Source: Guillardia theta CCMP2712
Taxonomy: Eukaryota > Protista > Cryptophyta
Length of the DNA stretch: 64,000 nt
Direction of reading: 5' to 3'
Assembly (NCBI RefSeq): GCF_000315625.1
Contig: NW_005434609.1
Span: 124,001 to 188,000 of the forward strand
A program made the translations under genes and the position numbers. The notes under the pieces were generated by a model. It worked only from the letters and a program-made list of their open reading frames with translations, searched no databases and was not told the DNA's origin. Each line of letters begins with the position of its first letter. The first letter of the stretch is position 1. Of this stretch, positions 49,901 to 62,379 are shown in pieces.

Positions 49901-50960
49901 CTTCAGGTGATGAACGATGTTGCAACTGCTATCGAGTACTTCAAGCAAGGTAGGTCTTGAGCCTCTCTTTCTCAGTTTTTTCTTACCTTCTGTTCGTAGC
50001 TTTCTCCTTTGATCCCCTGGATCCGCAAGTCTTGACAAGCCTGGCCTTGGCTCTCATGGAGGTCACGAGTCTGGCGTTCTTACGCTCTGCTGATGAGATA
50101 GAGCAGGGCCGAAGGTTCAAGGATGAGCATGATAGGGTGGAGCTGGAGGTCGATGGACTAGACTACGACTTCCACGAGGCCTTTCGCCTGTCTCAAGACG
50201 CGATCGCACTTTGTCCTCAGTCTGCGCACGTGCACTATGTGCATGGCCAATGCTTGGAGGAGTTCGATCAAAACATGCTGGCAGCGAAAGAAGAGTATGA
50301 AGTAGCCCTGAAGCTAGACCCTCAGCATGTATGTCTCCTCTTTCTTCCCAGTCTAGGCAGAAGTTTAACATGTGACCACTTGATCAGGTTGAGGCTCTTT
50401 GTGACTTGGGCTCCATCTACCTCAATAACTTGTCGGACTTCCAGTCTGCAGAGAAGATTCTCCATCGTGCTCTCCGTATTGAGCCCAACAACCCACAAGC
50501 TCACTACCACCTCTCCGACATCGACGTCATCGTGTACAACGATGTGGCCAGGGCCGAACGAAGGCTCCTGGACACTCTCAACTGTACTTGCAATCCTCGG
50601 CAGCAAAATGTGCATCAGAACTGGTGCAATTTGCTTCAGACTATCACATACATTCAAATCTTCCACTTCAGGAACCAGTCGCTGCCGAGGCACCCCTTGT
50701 GCCTGGACTTCTTCACGACATGTTTGAAAAGGCTCGGGATATTGAGGTCCAAGATGAACTTGGAGGGCCTGCCGGAGCTGTACGATTGTATTCGTGATCA
50801 ACTTGACTACAACAGCACTGAAGAAGGGGAGGAGGACTATATGAGCGAAGATGGCGAGGATCAAAATCAAGAGACGCAGCAGACAGACAAAAATGTGTGC
50901 GAGAAAGCATTGTCTCGGTTGCAGACATTGTTGAATGCTCGAAAGAGTAACTCGGGGTGA
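46908..50960 (+). CDS. TPR-repeat protein with an N-terminal signal-like and poly-Pro segment and a triplicated unknown domain (multi-exon)
   Basis: TPR-type segments AQTAFDRALMLNPSSIDTL, AKEEYEVALKLDPQH and AEKILHRALRIEPNNPQAHYHL. Intron 48388-48434 joins ORF 46896-48398 in frame with ORF 48510-49013. Confidence 0.7.
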
Positions 50961-51835
50961 ATGTCAAGTAAACGAGATGTCAGGGGCTAGCTACAAGGTA
51001 TCATGGAACAAGTGATCAACGGAGAATACACTCAGTCGAACAAGCCTGGCGACTAGTTTCTTGAAATCTAATTTACTGATGTATCATGATATGCTACAGC
51101 GTATAGCGTACATGTGAACCTAGAGACATTGTTCATTTGTTCGTGAAGATTGTTGTCCGACGGGTAGCATACACCTCGAATGAACTGCACAGCAGGAGCC
51201 GATACTTCTCCTTCGAGGTCAAAAGTGCATACCTTCGCGTGCAACAGACTTGAGGAACGAGAGATAGCGAAATCCTAGTAGCGACAAGAATAATCTGCGC
51301 TCGCTCATTTGCTTCCCTCGCCCTCGCCCTATCATTTCCCATCCATACTCTCCGCTTCCTCCCCTGTTTGACCTGAACTTGGGTCATGTCTGCAGCTGGA
51401 GGCAGTACCTGGCCCTGTCGTCGCTGTTTCCTGCATGACATTGACAACTTTGCCGTTCCTCGACCCTTATCATGGGTTGTCCGACGGTAGTGGTCGATAG
51501 TCAAACCATGTAGGGACCCCTTAGAAGAAACTACTTGTCCCCAGTGTCGATCCCTTGATGGTTCACAACAACTGTTGTTTCTGAGCTGGGATCTGACTCA
51601 GACAAGTTCCCCGTACCGCCATGGCTGTATGGATCGCCATGGTAGCGATGGCGAGACAGCCATAGCATTACGGCCGTCTCGCCATCGGTGCCACCACTAG
51701 CGCTGATCTTCCCGCCGACATTCTCCCTGCCTCCATGGCTCGGACCATTTTATCTGAGGCAGACTTGCACCAAAAATCAAAACGCTGCGTTTTTAAATTC
51801 TTAACACGCCTATTCGAACGACAACGGACGCTGCC

Positions 51836-54800
51836 ATGGAGTTTGAGCAGGTATGGTGGGAGGGCGGGAAGCAGGAGAGAGAGAATGGGACAGAAAGGAT
51901 AGTGTGTATGAGAGAGATTAGGAGGGAAGAAATTACAGAGGAGGAGACAGAGAGGAACGCAGGAGTGGGAGGAGAGAAGCGGAGGAAATTCAAGTTTTGT
52001 TTGCACGAAAGAAATCTCTGGACATGAGCATCTAGAAAAGTTGTTCTTGGAGGACCAACACATGATTGTGAGGTTGATTGAGTGCAAGCCACAAGCATGT
52101 GGCTAGATTCACAACCGACGTTACAATCATGCCGTGAATTTCATGAGAGGAAGTGAAATGAGATTGGTTGTTTGAATTCATAAGTTTTGTGAAGAGCTGA
52201 TTGGGATCAATCTAACGACTCTCCTCAGATCGAAGGTAGCAAGGAGAACGTCCAGCCACTAGTTGGAGGCAGAGACGTCAAGAAACTAACCAAACAGCTC
52301 AAGTCGCTACAGTGCAATCCCACATCCAACACTGTCTCGATATTCGAAGAAGGGTGCCGTGAATGGGAAGCAAAGCTCGACACCGAATGCCCTGAGGATC
52401 CCATTGCGACATGGGACGAGTACATCAAGTGGGCCCAGCAGCAAGCCACGTCGGACAAAGTTTCCAATCTTGTCGTGCCGATTCTGCAAAGGTGCTGCAG
52501 AAAGTTTCAGAAAGACGAACGGTACAAGAACGACCCAAGATACCTGCGAATCTGGATCAAATATGTCGACACCGTCGCAGACCCGACTGACATCTTTAAC
52601 TTTCTTGAAGCGAATGGGATCGGACAGGGACTTGCTCTCTTTTACACGTCATGGGCGTTGGTGCTCGAGTTGAAGAAGAACGACTTCACGGAAGCCTACA
52701 CCAAGCTCGAGGAGGGAATCAACAAGCGCGCTCAACCTCTCGACAAGCTCCAGGCAGCCCTCAAACAATTTCAGCACAGAATGAATCAGGTTTTTGCTCG
52801 TCCCTCCTTGCCTGCCTCCTTTGATCATTCTGCAGAGAACCATGGAAGCAATGAAGAACTCTGTCATCCCTCCCCCCCAGCAAGCTGACAAGGCCAACGC
52901 TCGTGAGTTCGGCGATGAGCTCAGCAAGAGCCGCCGGGTCACCAAGGTTGCCACGTCCCAGCAGGCAACAGGAAGCACCCTGGGAGTGTCGGGGAGACCG
53001 GCAGCCTCGCGGGGAGCGCAGGTGAAGGGAACTGGGAACAAGGGCGGGTTTTCTATCTTCGTGGACTCTGAGAACAGCGCTCCCACGAGCCAGCAAAGCG
53101 GAGGAGGGTGGGAGTACCTGCCAGCAGAGAAGGAGAAGACCAAGGAAAACACTCGGGCTGCGACTCAGTGGACCAAGGAGGCAGCTGGAGTGATCCCGAT
53201 GAACAGGGCCCGGCCGAGCGTGCCTGCCGCCGGCTCTGCAGCGCCGGAGAAGGCTGGGGTAGACTTCGAGTTCTTCGTCGACGAGGGCCTGGAGGCGGCA
53301 GACAAGAAGAAGGAACGGGAGCCGATCAGGCAGCAGCTGGAGGGGAAGGTGGGGAAGCTCAAGGTTATGGAAGACTCCCAGCAGGCACGACCCCTGGACT
53401 TCCTGTCCGGCCCCGAAGTTCCAACTGAGCCCCAGCAGCATTTCGACGGCCCCTCCACGAGAAATAGATCAGCATCCGCACGTGGAGGGGCCAGGGAGGA
53501 TGCTGGAGGTCAGCAGGGGAAGAAGCCGAGGCAGAAGAGCGCTGATGGGACGGGGGTGTCGGGCTATGACCGGCAGATGCTTGTCCTCTCTGACGGGGAA
53601 GAGATCTCCATCGAAGAAGCTCGTGTGATCGGCAGGTCGGAAGAGGAGGAGGAGGAGTTGGGAGGAAGGAGTAATTCTGTTCTGCAGGTATGGGAAGAAA
53701 GTCTGGAGTGGCGACTTGACCCGACAGGTGCCAGAGGTCAAGAAACTAGTGCAAGAGCAGGACCCAGCACAGGAGCAGGAGCAGGAGAAGCTTGAGTTTG
53801 GCTACAACCGAGGACTCTCCCCACCATCCTCTGCCTTCCACGTGAGCATCCCAGACCAGACGCAAGTGTCTCCGACCTTCTCGAGCTTTGCGCCCAAGGG
53901 AGGGAAGAGGTTCCAGCCGACACCCAGCAGCAGGGAGGAGGAGGAAGACAAGGTGACTTCGAGCCTGCAGACTCCTGTCCCCTCCTGCAAAGGACGGCCG
54001 GACGAGTCGATCGAGCACGCTCCTCCCACCCTGACCAAGTTCGGAGGGAACGATATCTCAATGATCTCCAAGGCCGCAAACTCCTCGACGTTCCTGGCCA
54101 ACAGCTCCCGGCACACCCTCTGCCCTCCTGGGGACGTCAACTTCACCCTCCACGAGCACCCCCAGGGCAACGACGAGAACTGTGCTCCCGAGCAGCTGAG
54201 CTTCGGGGAGAGGAAGGAGAAAGTCCCTGGCAACTTCTTCGTTGCCTGCGAGTCCTCCCCGACGGTCAACACGAAGAAGGCAAGGCATCAGGTCTTCGAC
54301 CTCATGCCCAGCCCCACAGTCACCAGGGTGGAGAAGGACGAGGCTGGGGCAAGAGCTGGAGGGTTGCTGGACGAGTCGGACTTCTTCAAGAGGGCCGCAA
54401 CGTCCTCGTCGCCCACCATTAACACCAAGAACGCGCAGATGATGGCCTTCGACCTGATGCCGAGCCCCACGCAAACGGGAGGAGCGATCAGTTTCAAGGC
54501 GCAGGCACAGGCGGAGGAGGAGAACTTCATGCAGGAGGAGTTCTTCGCCAAGGCTTCTTCCAACGCATCCCCAACTATCAACACCAAGAAAGCTCAAGAT
54601 CAGGTGCCTCCTCCTCCACCACCATCACCTCCGCCTCATCCTCCCCCTCCCCCTTGGGCTACTTCCTTTCTCCCCTCCCTCCTCACGTTCCACTCCAGGT
54701 GTTCGACCTCATGCCGAGTCCCACCGCCACCTCCTGCCCGGTCATGTTGGCTCACTCGACGCCGACGAGGAGCACGAGGGAAGCCTTCAACCTCCTTCCC

Positions 54801-57248
54801 AGCCCCACCGAGACGTTCACAGCAGGAGGACTCGAGTTCCAGCACGCCTCTGCAGCTGCTCCCTCCTCCCTCGCCTTCGAGATCCGGGAGGACACGGCAA
54901 TGAAGGGGATAGCGCCGTCAAGCTCAGGCTTTGAGATCCGGGAGGACACGGCAATGAAGGGGATAGCGCCGTCAAGCTCAGGCTTCGAGATCCGGGAGGA
55001 CACGGCGATGAAGGGGATAGCGCCGTCAAGCTCAGGCTTCGAGATCCGGGAGGACACGGCAATGAAGGGGATAGCGCCGTCAAGCTCAGGCTTCGAGATC
55101 CGGGAGGACACGGCGATGAAGGGGTTGGAAGTGCTCAAGGACGAGGAAGAGATCAAGGTAGAGGAGAAGCAGGTTGCTCCCAAGAGGAAAGGCCTCCGCG
55201 TTCTCTGCGAGCAGGCGTCTGGAGCGGAGGAGGTGGTGAAGGAGGCTGGCAAGGTCAAGCGGGGGATGCAGGAGGAGGGCAAGGAGAATGAGGAGATGAA
55301 GGAGGAGGAGGTGAAGGAGGAGGAAGGACTGAGTGCTGGTCTGCCGAGCCCGCAGCTCCATCAGCATCTCAACACCATCGAAGAAGTTTCAGTTGAAGTC
55401 TCACAGGCCAGCGACTGCAACATGACGAGGCTCAAGGAATCTCGTGGCTCCTCCCTCCAATTTTCCTCCTCCTCCTCCTCCTGCTCCTCCTCCCTCCACT
55501 TTTCCTCCTCGTCTCCCGCTCCCCTTCTCTCAAGTGCTCTTTCTCCTGCAAAGGAAGAAGAGCAGGAGGAGGAGCTGGAGCTGCTGGCAGGGGAGGGTGG
55601 GAGAGTGGAGGTGTACAGCGAGAAGGAGCAGGCAAGGAGGACGAGGCTCGTGGAAGGGCTGATGAGGAGGGAGAAAGGTTACCAGCAGCAGGAGGAGGAG
55701 AGCGTACCTGCGGTCAAAGTTGGGTCGAAGCTCGAGCTTGCAAACTTCACGTTCCATGTGGAGAAGATGATTGGGAAGGTAAACCTCCTCCTCCCTCCTC
55801 CCTTCCGCTCTTTGCTGATCCTGTACCGTTCTCCGCTACTTTCCCTTCATCTCCATCAACACCACCTCCTCCTCTACCTCCTCTCCCTCCTCACTTCTTC
55901 GCAGGGTTCATCGTCCAAGGTCTACACCCTCCGGAGGATTCATCTCGACAAGAGCATCACCGAGGACCTCCAGGACGAGTCGCTCCTGGTCCTCAAGCTC
56001 CTTCAACATGCTCCTCCCTGGGAGTTCTACGTCTCCCGCTCGCTCCAGCAGAGGCTGCCGGAGGACGCAAGGAGCTCGTTCCTCGACTTCCGACATGCCC
56101 TGCTCTACCCCAGCTGCTCCCTCCTCCTCTCTGACCTCCGTTCGGAGGTCTCCCTGCAGGATGTAATCAACGCCTACCGCAAGGTCAGAAACGCCCCTTC
56201 TCCCTCCTTCCCTCCCTTCTCCCTCCTTCCCTCCCTTCTCCCCTCCTCTCCCGCTCCCCTCCCTCCCTCCCCTACTTCTCCCCTACTTCTCCTCTCCCTC
56301 CCTCCTACCCCACCTCCTGGACCAGCTGACGGGGTTCGAGCAGGCAGGCAAGAAGATGGAGGAGCATCTCGTCATCTTCTACGCCATCGAGATCCTCCGA
56401 GCTCTAGAGCACATGCACGACGCTGGGTGAGCTGAGAACTGTCTCCCTCCTGCCCCCAGCTGACCCCCAGCAGGTTCGTGCATGGCGACCTGAAGCCAGA
56501 CAACATCCTCGTACGAGACGATGCGCTAGACAAGCAAGAGAACTGGAATTACAACCCAAGTGCTGGGTCAGTTACTCCTCCTCCTCCTCCTCCTCCTCCT
56601 CCTCCTCCTCCTCCTTCCGTCACCTTTGTACCTGCCGTTGATCAGTTCTCCTCCTCCTCCTCCTCCTCCTCCTCCTCCTCCTCCTCCTCCTCCTCCTCCT
56701 CCTCCTCCTCCTCCTGTGCTCTTGTTGCGGTCCTCTGCTTCTAAACTCTCCCCTCCTCCTCTCTCCTCCGTCCTGACGATCCCTCCAGCTTCTCAGCACG
56801 GGGAGTGCGACTGATCGACTTTGGTCTCTCCATCGACCGGCGGCTGTACGAGGAGGGCACGACCTTCGTGGGGAGGAGCGGGACAAGCAGCTTCGAGTGC
56901 GCGGAGATGAAGGAAGGACGAGCATGGACGGAGCAGGGAGACTTACACGCGCTGTGCGGGGTGATCCATGCTCTGCTACACAACGAGTACATGGAGGTGG
57001 AGGCAAAGGCAGAGGAGGGGCAGCGTCTGGTCCGGATGCCGAGGATGGGCTTCAAGAGGTACTGGCAGGTGAGCATGTGGACGGAGTTCTTCTCGTCGTT
57101 GCTCAACGTGGGAAGCTGCGAGCAAGTGCCGGACAAGAGGACGAGGAGGGAGGAGCTCGAGGGATATTTCGAGAGGAACGAGAGCAAGAGGAGCGCTGTT
57201 AGGATGGCTCTTATCAAGCAGGAGCTCCTCCTCCACCAGCCTCAATGA
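51836..57248 (+). CDS. BUB1: MadBub: undivided BUB1/BUBR1(Mad3) spindle checkpoint kinase, multi-exon
   Basis: MEFEQ|IEGSKENVQPL (KEN1; intron 51851-52228); TPR domain YKNDPRYLRIWIKY...ANGIG; ABBA-KEN-ABBA cassette; GLEBS EEISIEEAR; CD1 repeats; LNTIEE; kinase motifs PWEFYV, HGDLKPDN, LIDFGLSID and FECAEMKEGRAW. Confidence 0.93.
54876..55124 (+). repeat. Coding 54-bp tandem repeat, 5 copies, encoding FEIREDTAMKGIAPSSSG
   Basis: Phe codons at 54876, 54930, 54984, 55038 and 55092; copies differ only by a few synonymous changes; the last copy is truncated. Confidence 0.95.
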
Positions 57249-57338
57249 AATATTTACAGATTCTCCTCCTCCTCCTCCTCCTCCTCCTCCACCACCACCA
57301 CCACCACCACCACCACCACTTTCATACTTGCGCTCCGT

Positions 57339-60300
57339 CTAGTGTACATTCCCTGCTGCTGTCAACCGGTCCAGCACCTGTAGAGATTTAGGTATGACTC
57401 CTCCTCCTCCTCCTCCTCCTCCTCCTCCTCCTCCTCCTACCCGATTGGCGTACTTGGCCGTCGTCTTGTCCTTGCTCTGCATTTCGTTGGTGAGGAGGAG
57501 GAGGAGGAGGAGGACAGAAGAGGATGAAGTGACCTGAGAGAGGGAGTGAAGCTTGGACGAGAAACTGCTTTCCAGCAAGATGTTCCGGCACTGCGAGCAG
57601 AAGGTGAGAGGAGAAGGAGAGAAGAGGGAGAGACGAGAAATGAGGGGAGGAGAGGATCGGGAGGGGAAGGAGGGAGGAGAGGATAGGGTGAGGAAGAGAC
57701 CTCCTGGTAGGAAGCAACAGTCCCCAGCGAGTAGAGAGCGACTTTGCTGGAGGAGGAGCTGCTGTCTGAAGACTCCACGTTTCCTTCTGCAGCCTGGCGA
57801 GAGAAGTGAGCGATGGGCAGACGAGGAGCAGAGGGAGAGGAGAGGGAGAGGGAGAGGGGAGGGAGGGAGGAGGGAGGAGGGAGGAGGGAGGAGGGAGGAG
57901 GGGAGGAGGGGAGGGAGGGGAGGGAGGAGGGACGAGGAGGAGGACGAGGAGGAGGACGAGGAGGAGGACGAGGNNNNNNNNNNNNNNNNNNNNNNNNNNN
58001 NNNNNNNNNNNNNNNNNNNNNNNNNNNNNNNNNNNNNNNNNNNNNNNNNNNNNNNNNNNNNNNNNNNNNNNNNGAGAAAGTTTTCCTGAAGTCAATGAGT
58101 TTAGTCCTTCTGGGGGGAATGGAAGATGGAGGAGAGGAGGGGAGAAGGGGAGGTGAGGAGATGGGAGAGGAGGGGAGAGGATGGGGAAAGAAGGGAGGAG
58201 AGGAGAGGGGATGGCGGAGGAGGGGAAAGGGAGGAAGGGAGAAGAGAAGGACAGAGAAGAGGAGTCAACAGTAGATAATAGAAGAGAGAATAGCGGCGGA
58301 GGAAATGCTACGAGAGGAGGTTTGGCTACATCAATATTGATTTCATTTCTGACCTTCAACATGCTGGCAAACGACAAGGTGAGGTCGGACGAGCAGATGA
58401 TCGACGCCCTTGAGTTCGCATCCTTCGCTCCTCCATCTCCAACTCCATGCGTTGTGATGACCTGAGCCAATGTCGTCAGAACTTGAAACATCCTTCATCC
58501 TGCCCTCTCCTCGACTTCCCTTCTCACTGTCTCCTCCTCCCAACTCCCTCTCCTCTCCTTTCCCTTACTTCCCACTCTCCTCTCCTCTCTCCCATTCCGC
58601 TCTTGTCCTTGTCCTCACATTCAAGATCATGCTCAACGCATCTATCAGCCCTGGCGGCGACAGCTCCACGTTGGCTGGGATGGTCTGCAGCCTTCTGCAG
58701 ATGAGATGCCACAGCCCAGAGTTCTGCAAGGGATCGCAAAGTGAGTGGGGGGCAAGAGAGGATAGGCAGGACCAGATGAGGTAGGAGGAGAGGATCAGAT
58801 GAGGGAGGAAGGGAAGGGGAAGGTGGTAGGAGCAAGACAAGGGGATCAGAGGGATGGGAGTGACTTGGGTGGAAGGGTGACAACGGGGGTGGCGGAGGTA
58901 GGAGAGGAATCACCAGGAGGATTCGGTTTGAGAATCGAGCTCCGAGGATCCTGGTGAGCTGGAAGAGGAGGGCAAGCATGCTGTCTAGCCCTCCTGACCG
59001 CGCGTACCCAAAGCAGCATCCTTCTGCTCTCTGCAGGTTGTAGGAGGAAGACTTTGAGAACACCTCCTCGATTGCCGCGATGCCAGTCTCTTCGATGACC
59101 TCGGCCAGGCATGCGGCTACCTGACTCTGCACCTGGGAAGAGGGCTCGGACGAGGAGAGGATGCTGGCAATGGCAGCAGCAGCTGCGAACTTCACAGCTC
59201 TGTCCGGAGCAGAGCAGAGGCGAGCAGCGAGGGAGGTGACGAGCTTGGCATCGTGCAGGAGGATCGACTGCCCCGTCTTGTGGTCCATGGAGAGGAATTT
59301 GGAAGCAGAGAGGAGAGCGCGAACTTCGAGCAGACTCTCCTGACCGTCCGCTGCCATGCTCGGCTTGCCGACGTTTCTTGACAGTCCTAGGATGATCAGC
59401 TTCTTGCCCACGTCCCCGCATACGTTGGGGTCAACGTGCCTGCTCGGCTTGCAGGAGGCGCTCGTAGCGTGAGCGAGGAGCAACTTCATCGCGTTGCTCT
59501 CACACTCCTTGTTGACCTGCGGGGCTGCAGACGTCTGGCAACAGCCTACCTCTGCGCAGTGAACCAGGTTGAGCAGCGATGATGTGTTCTCGGACAAGAG
59601 CTCGTACACAACTCCTCCCGCCTCCATCGCGGCGCTCGACCCCGCCGGCTCCTCCTCTCCCACTCCATCCCCAGCTGTAACCGAGCTGCTCCCTTGCTCG
59701 ACTCCGGGGAAGGTCGAGACGTACTCGCAGTTGGCGCAGACGATGTCGGCAAGGCACTGGACGGCCGCATGTGCCTCCTGTGCATGCGACTTCTCCGACA
59801 ATTGCGCAGACGCGAGAAGGGAGACGACAGGGGAGAGGAGTTTCCTCTTCACCAGCATCTTGTAGAAGTTCGAATTCTTCCCCGGATTGCCGCCTGAGTG
59901 TTGACCCAGGAATCCGAGGATGTCCATGAAGCTTGCCCGGATGATTGCTCCCGTCTCCATGCTAGTAGAGAAGGCCAGAGGGAGGAGGTCGGACACGTGC
60001 TGGTACACTTCCTCGTGCACGCTGTCTGTCTCTAGGATGCTCTTCCTCATCGCTAGGTTCATGACACGCGAGAGCTCGGCAGCCAACTTCGAGGGAGGTT
60101 TCGTGCTCAGTGTGCCCATCCGCTGCAAGATTTCCGTGCCAAGGAAGAGATGCAGGAGAGCGAAGAGCTTCTTGACGACCTCGAGGATGGGAAACAGCTT
60201 CGCAGAGTTCGAAGGCGTCCTTGGCGACCCACTGCTCTGCATGGTGTAGGTGAAGATGTTGTTCATGGTCTTGAGAGCTGCGCCCAGCCGCTTCAGCATA

Positions 60301-61998
60301 CTGTGATCGAAGGAGGCAGCTTGATCGATGGTGTCCAAGATCATCAGAAGCTTCTCATGAAAGAGCTTGTCCCGCAGCAGCTTCGCCGTACCCTGAGTTG
60401 TCTTCGAGATCGTTTCCACCTCCTGCCACCACTCGTCTCCTCCTGGGGTCGGCGCCGGGCCCGCTCGGCGCACGAGTGGTTGGGCCTTCGGACGGGCCGC
60501 ACCCGTCGCGTTGTCCACCCTGCTCATGGTGGCCGCCTGCGAAGAAGCTGTCTGCTGAGGGGTGGAAGTCACATCCTCATAGCCGAGCTTAGCGCCTCCT
60601 GCCGGCCTCTGCCTTTGCTTCCCAGGTTGAGTCTTGGCACGAACGTCCCCTCTATGCACAGGAATGCCTCCCGGCCCGCGGCTACCGACACCAGGGGAGA
60701 TCTTAGGGGACTGATTGTGGTCTTGCATGTTGCGCCTGGAAGGTGACGCGTCTCGATCGCTCTTCTCACAGTTGGGAGTTGTGATGTATTTGCTCACAGG
60801 AGAAGCATCTCGCTTGCTCGCGGGGGTTCGTACTTTGGGAGACTTTCCAGTCTTGTCGTCCTCCATCGTGGTGTTTGGAGTTCCTTTCCCAGGCGTCCGA
60901 CTGGAGATGTTCATCTTCTGCCCTTGAGGAGCAAAATTGAATTCGTCCTGTGCGTTCTCCGCGCGACTGTCCCCCTGTCCAAACCTCGGGTGCTTCTTGT
61001 CAAATATTGGAGGACGTTTGCTCTGTGTCATGCCGGTTTCTGTCTTGAACTCCTCACCCCCGCGGAAGGATTCAGTCGATTGACTTGCCACCTTGGTGAA
61101 TTGTTGTGCAATGCTCTGCCTTGGAGCAGGGAGCTGGTTATTCAAATCGATGCAGTTTGCTTCTCCTTTTGATAGGATGAAGGCATGTTCAGCCAGCCTT
61201 GGCCAGGTGAGTCTGCGTTGCGGATCCTTCACCAGCAATCCCTGCGCAGCGACAACGATGAGTTCTAGGGTCTACAGACATCACAAGCCATCAAAATGTC
61301 ACCTTGAGGAATGACTTGAAGTCAGGGCTCATTCCAGAAGGCCATTTGACAGGGTCCTTGACAATCTGCCCGACCAGCGCGATGATATTGTTAGTGTAGA
61401 AAGGAGGCTCTCCCCGGAAAAGCTCATAGAGGATCACTCCAAGGGACCATAGGTCGACCGTATGGTTGTATGGCTGCTCCTGAACCAGTTCTGGTGCCAT
61501 GTACAACGGTGTTCCTTTGACGGAGGTAAGGGTCAAAGTCTGCTGTGTCATCGCTCGTGCGAACCCAAAGTCACAGAGCTTCAGCTGTCGATCAGGTCCG
61601 ATGAGAATGTTCTGCGGCTTCATATCGCGGTGTATGATCTTGTTCGAATGAAGGTAATGCAGCGCTCTTATCATCTGCTTCGCAACGTTCTGAACCTCGA
61701 TCTCTGGGAGCGAACCATCTGCTTCCAAGATTTCGAAAAGCTCCCCCTGTGCCAGCTCAGTCACAAGACAGAACTCGTTGTGCGTCTCGAATGCGTCCAG
61801 CAGCACTATGATGTTCGGGTGATCGAGCTTGCGTTGAATCTCGATTTCCTGTCTCAAGTTTCTGAGGTCTTTCTCACTCTTCCCATGTTTGGGAATGTAT
61901 TTCAACGCGACAACCTGCGAAGAGAATTTCCTTCTGCCTTGAAACACTTTCCCGAAACTCCCCTCCCCGACCAGCATCCCAACCTCATAGTCCTCCAT
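57339..61998 (-). CDS. STK36: Fused/STK36/TIO family Ser/Thr kinase with a long helical (ARM/HEAT-like) C-terminus; 3' exons uncertain because they span the gap
   Basis: [73 protein letters not shown] and [27 protein letters not shown]; continues after a short intron as [19 protein letters not shown]. Confidence 0.92.
57974..58073. other. Assembly gap (100 N) within a polypurine intronic tract
   Basis: Run of N. Confidence 1.
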
Positions 61999-62379
61999 CT
62001 CTCAGAGCAGACAAAAATTTCCCTGGCCGATCAAGCTGGATCAATTCGTACGGTTTGGAGGTTCATCATAAGCAACATCCCCACACGAAATCTTTCTCGT
62101 TCATATACCACAGAATCTGCAGCCTCTGCCGCAGAGAAAACGTCCCATCATCACAATGGATAGCAAATCTTTTGGTGCCCTTGCCAATTCTATATTTTGC
62201 TTCAACGTCCGCAACCCGCCTAAACCTCCCCGTCTTTCACTCCTCTCGACCCCGTCGCACCTTCAGCATGGCGTATCCTACAAAGGAGTGAGTACAAACT
62301 CTCTCTCTTCCCCTCTCCTTCACTCCCTCCTCCTCCTCGCCGAACCTGCTCCTCCACCTCCGCGCTCTTCATTCCCGAC

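Noticed and set aside
51790-51830. CHR-like TTTAAA and MSA-like CAACGG cell-cycle elements before MadBub
   Set aside because: Single 6-mers are expected by chance, lie very close to the ATG, and have no matching cluster before Fused.
54876-55124. 54-bp direct repeats as a CRISPR array
   Set aside because: They are head-to-tail with no unique spacers, in frame inside a eukaryotic gene, and no cas genes are present.
57388-58491. ORFs spanning the N gap and polypurine tracts
   Set aside because: Low-complexity intronic sequence plus unknown bases; only short embedded segments are likely Fused exons.
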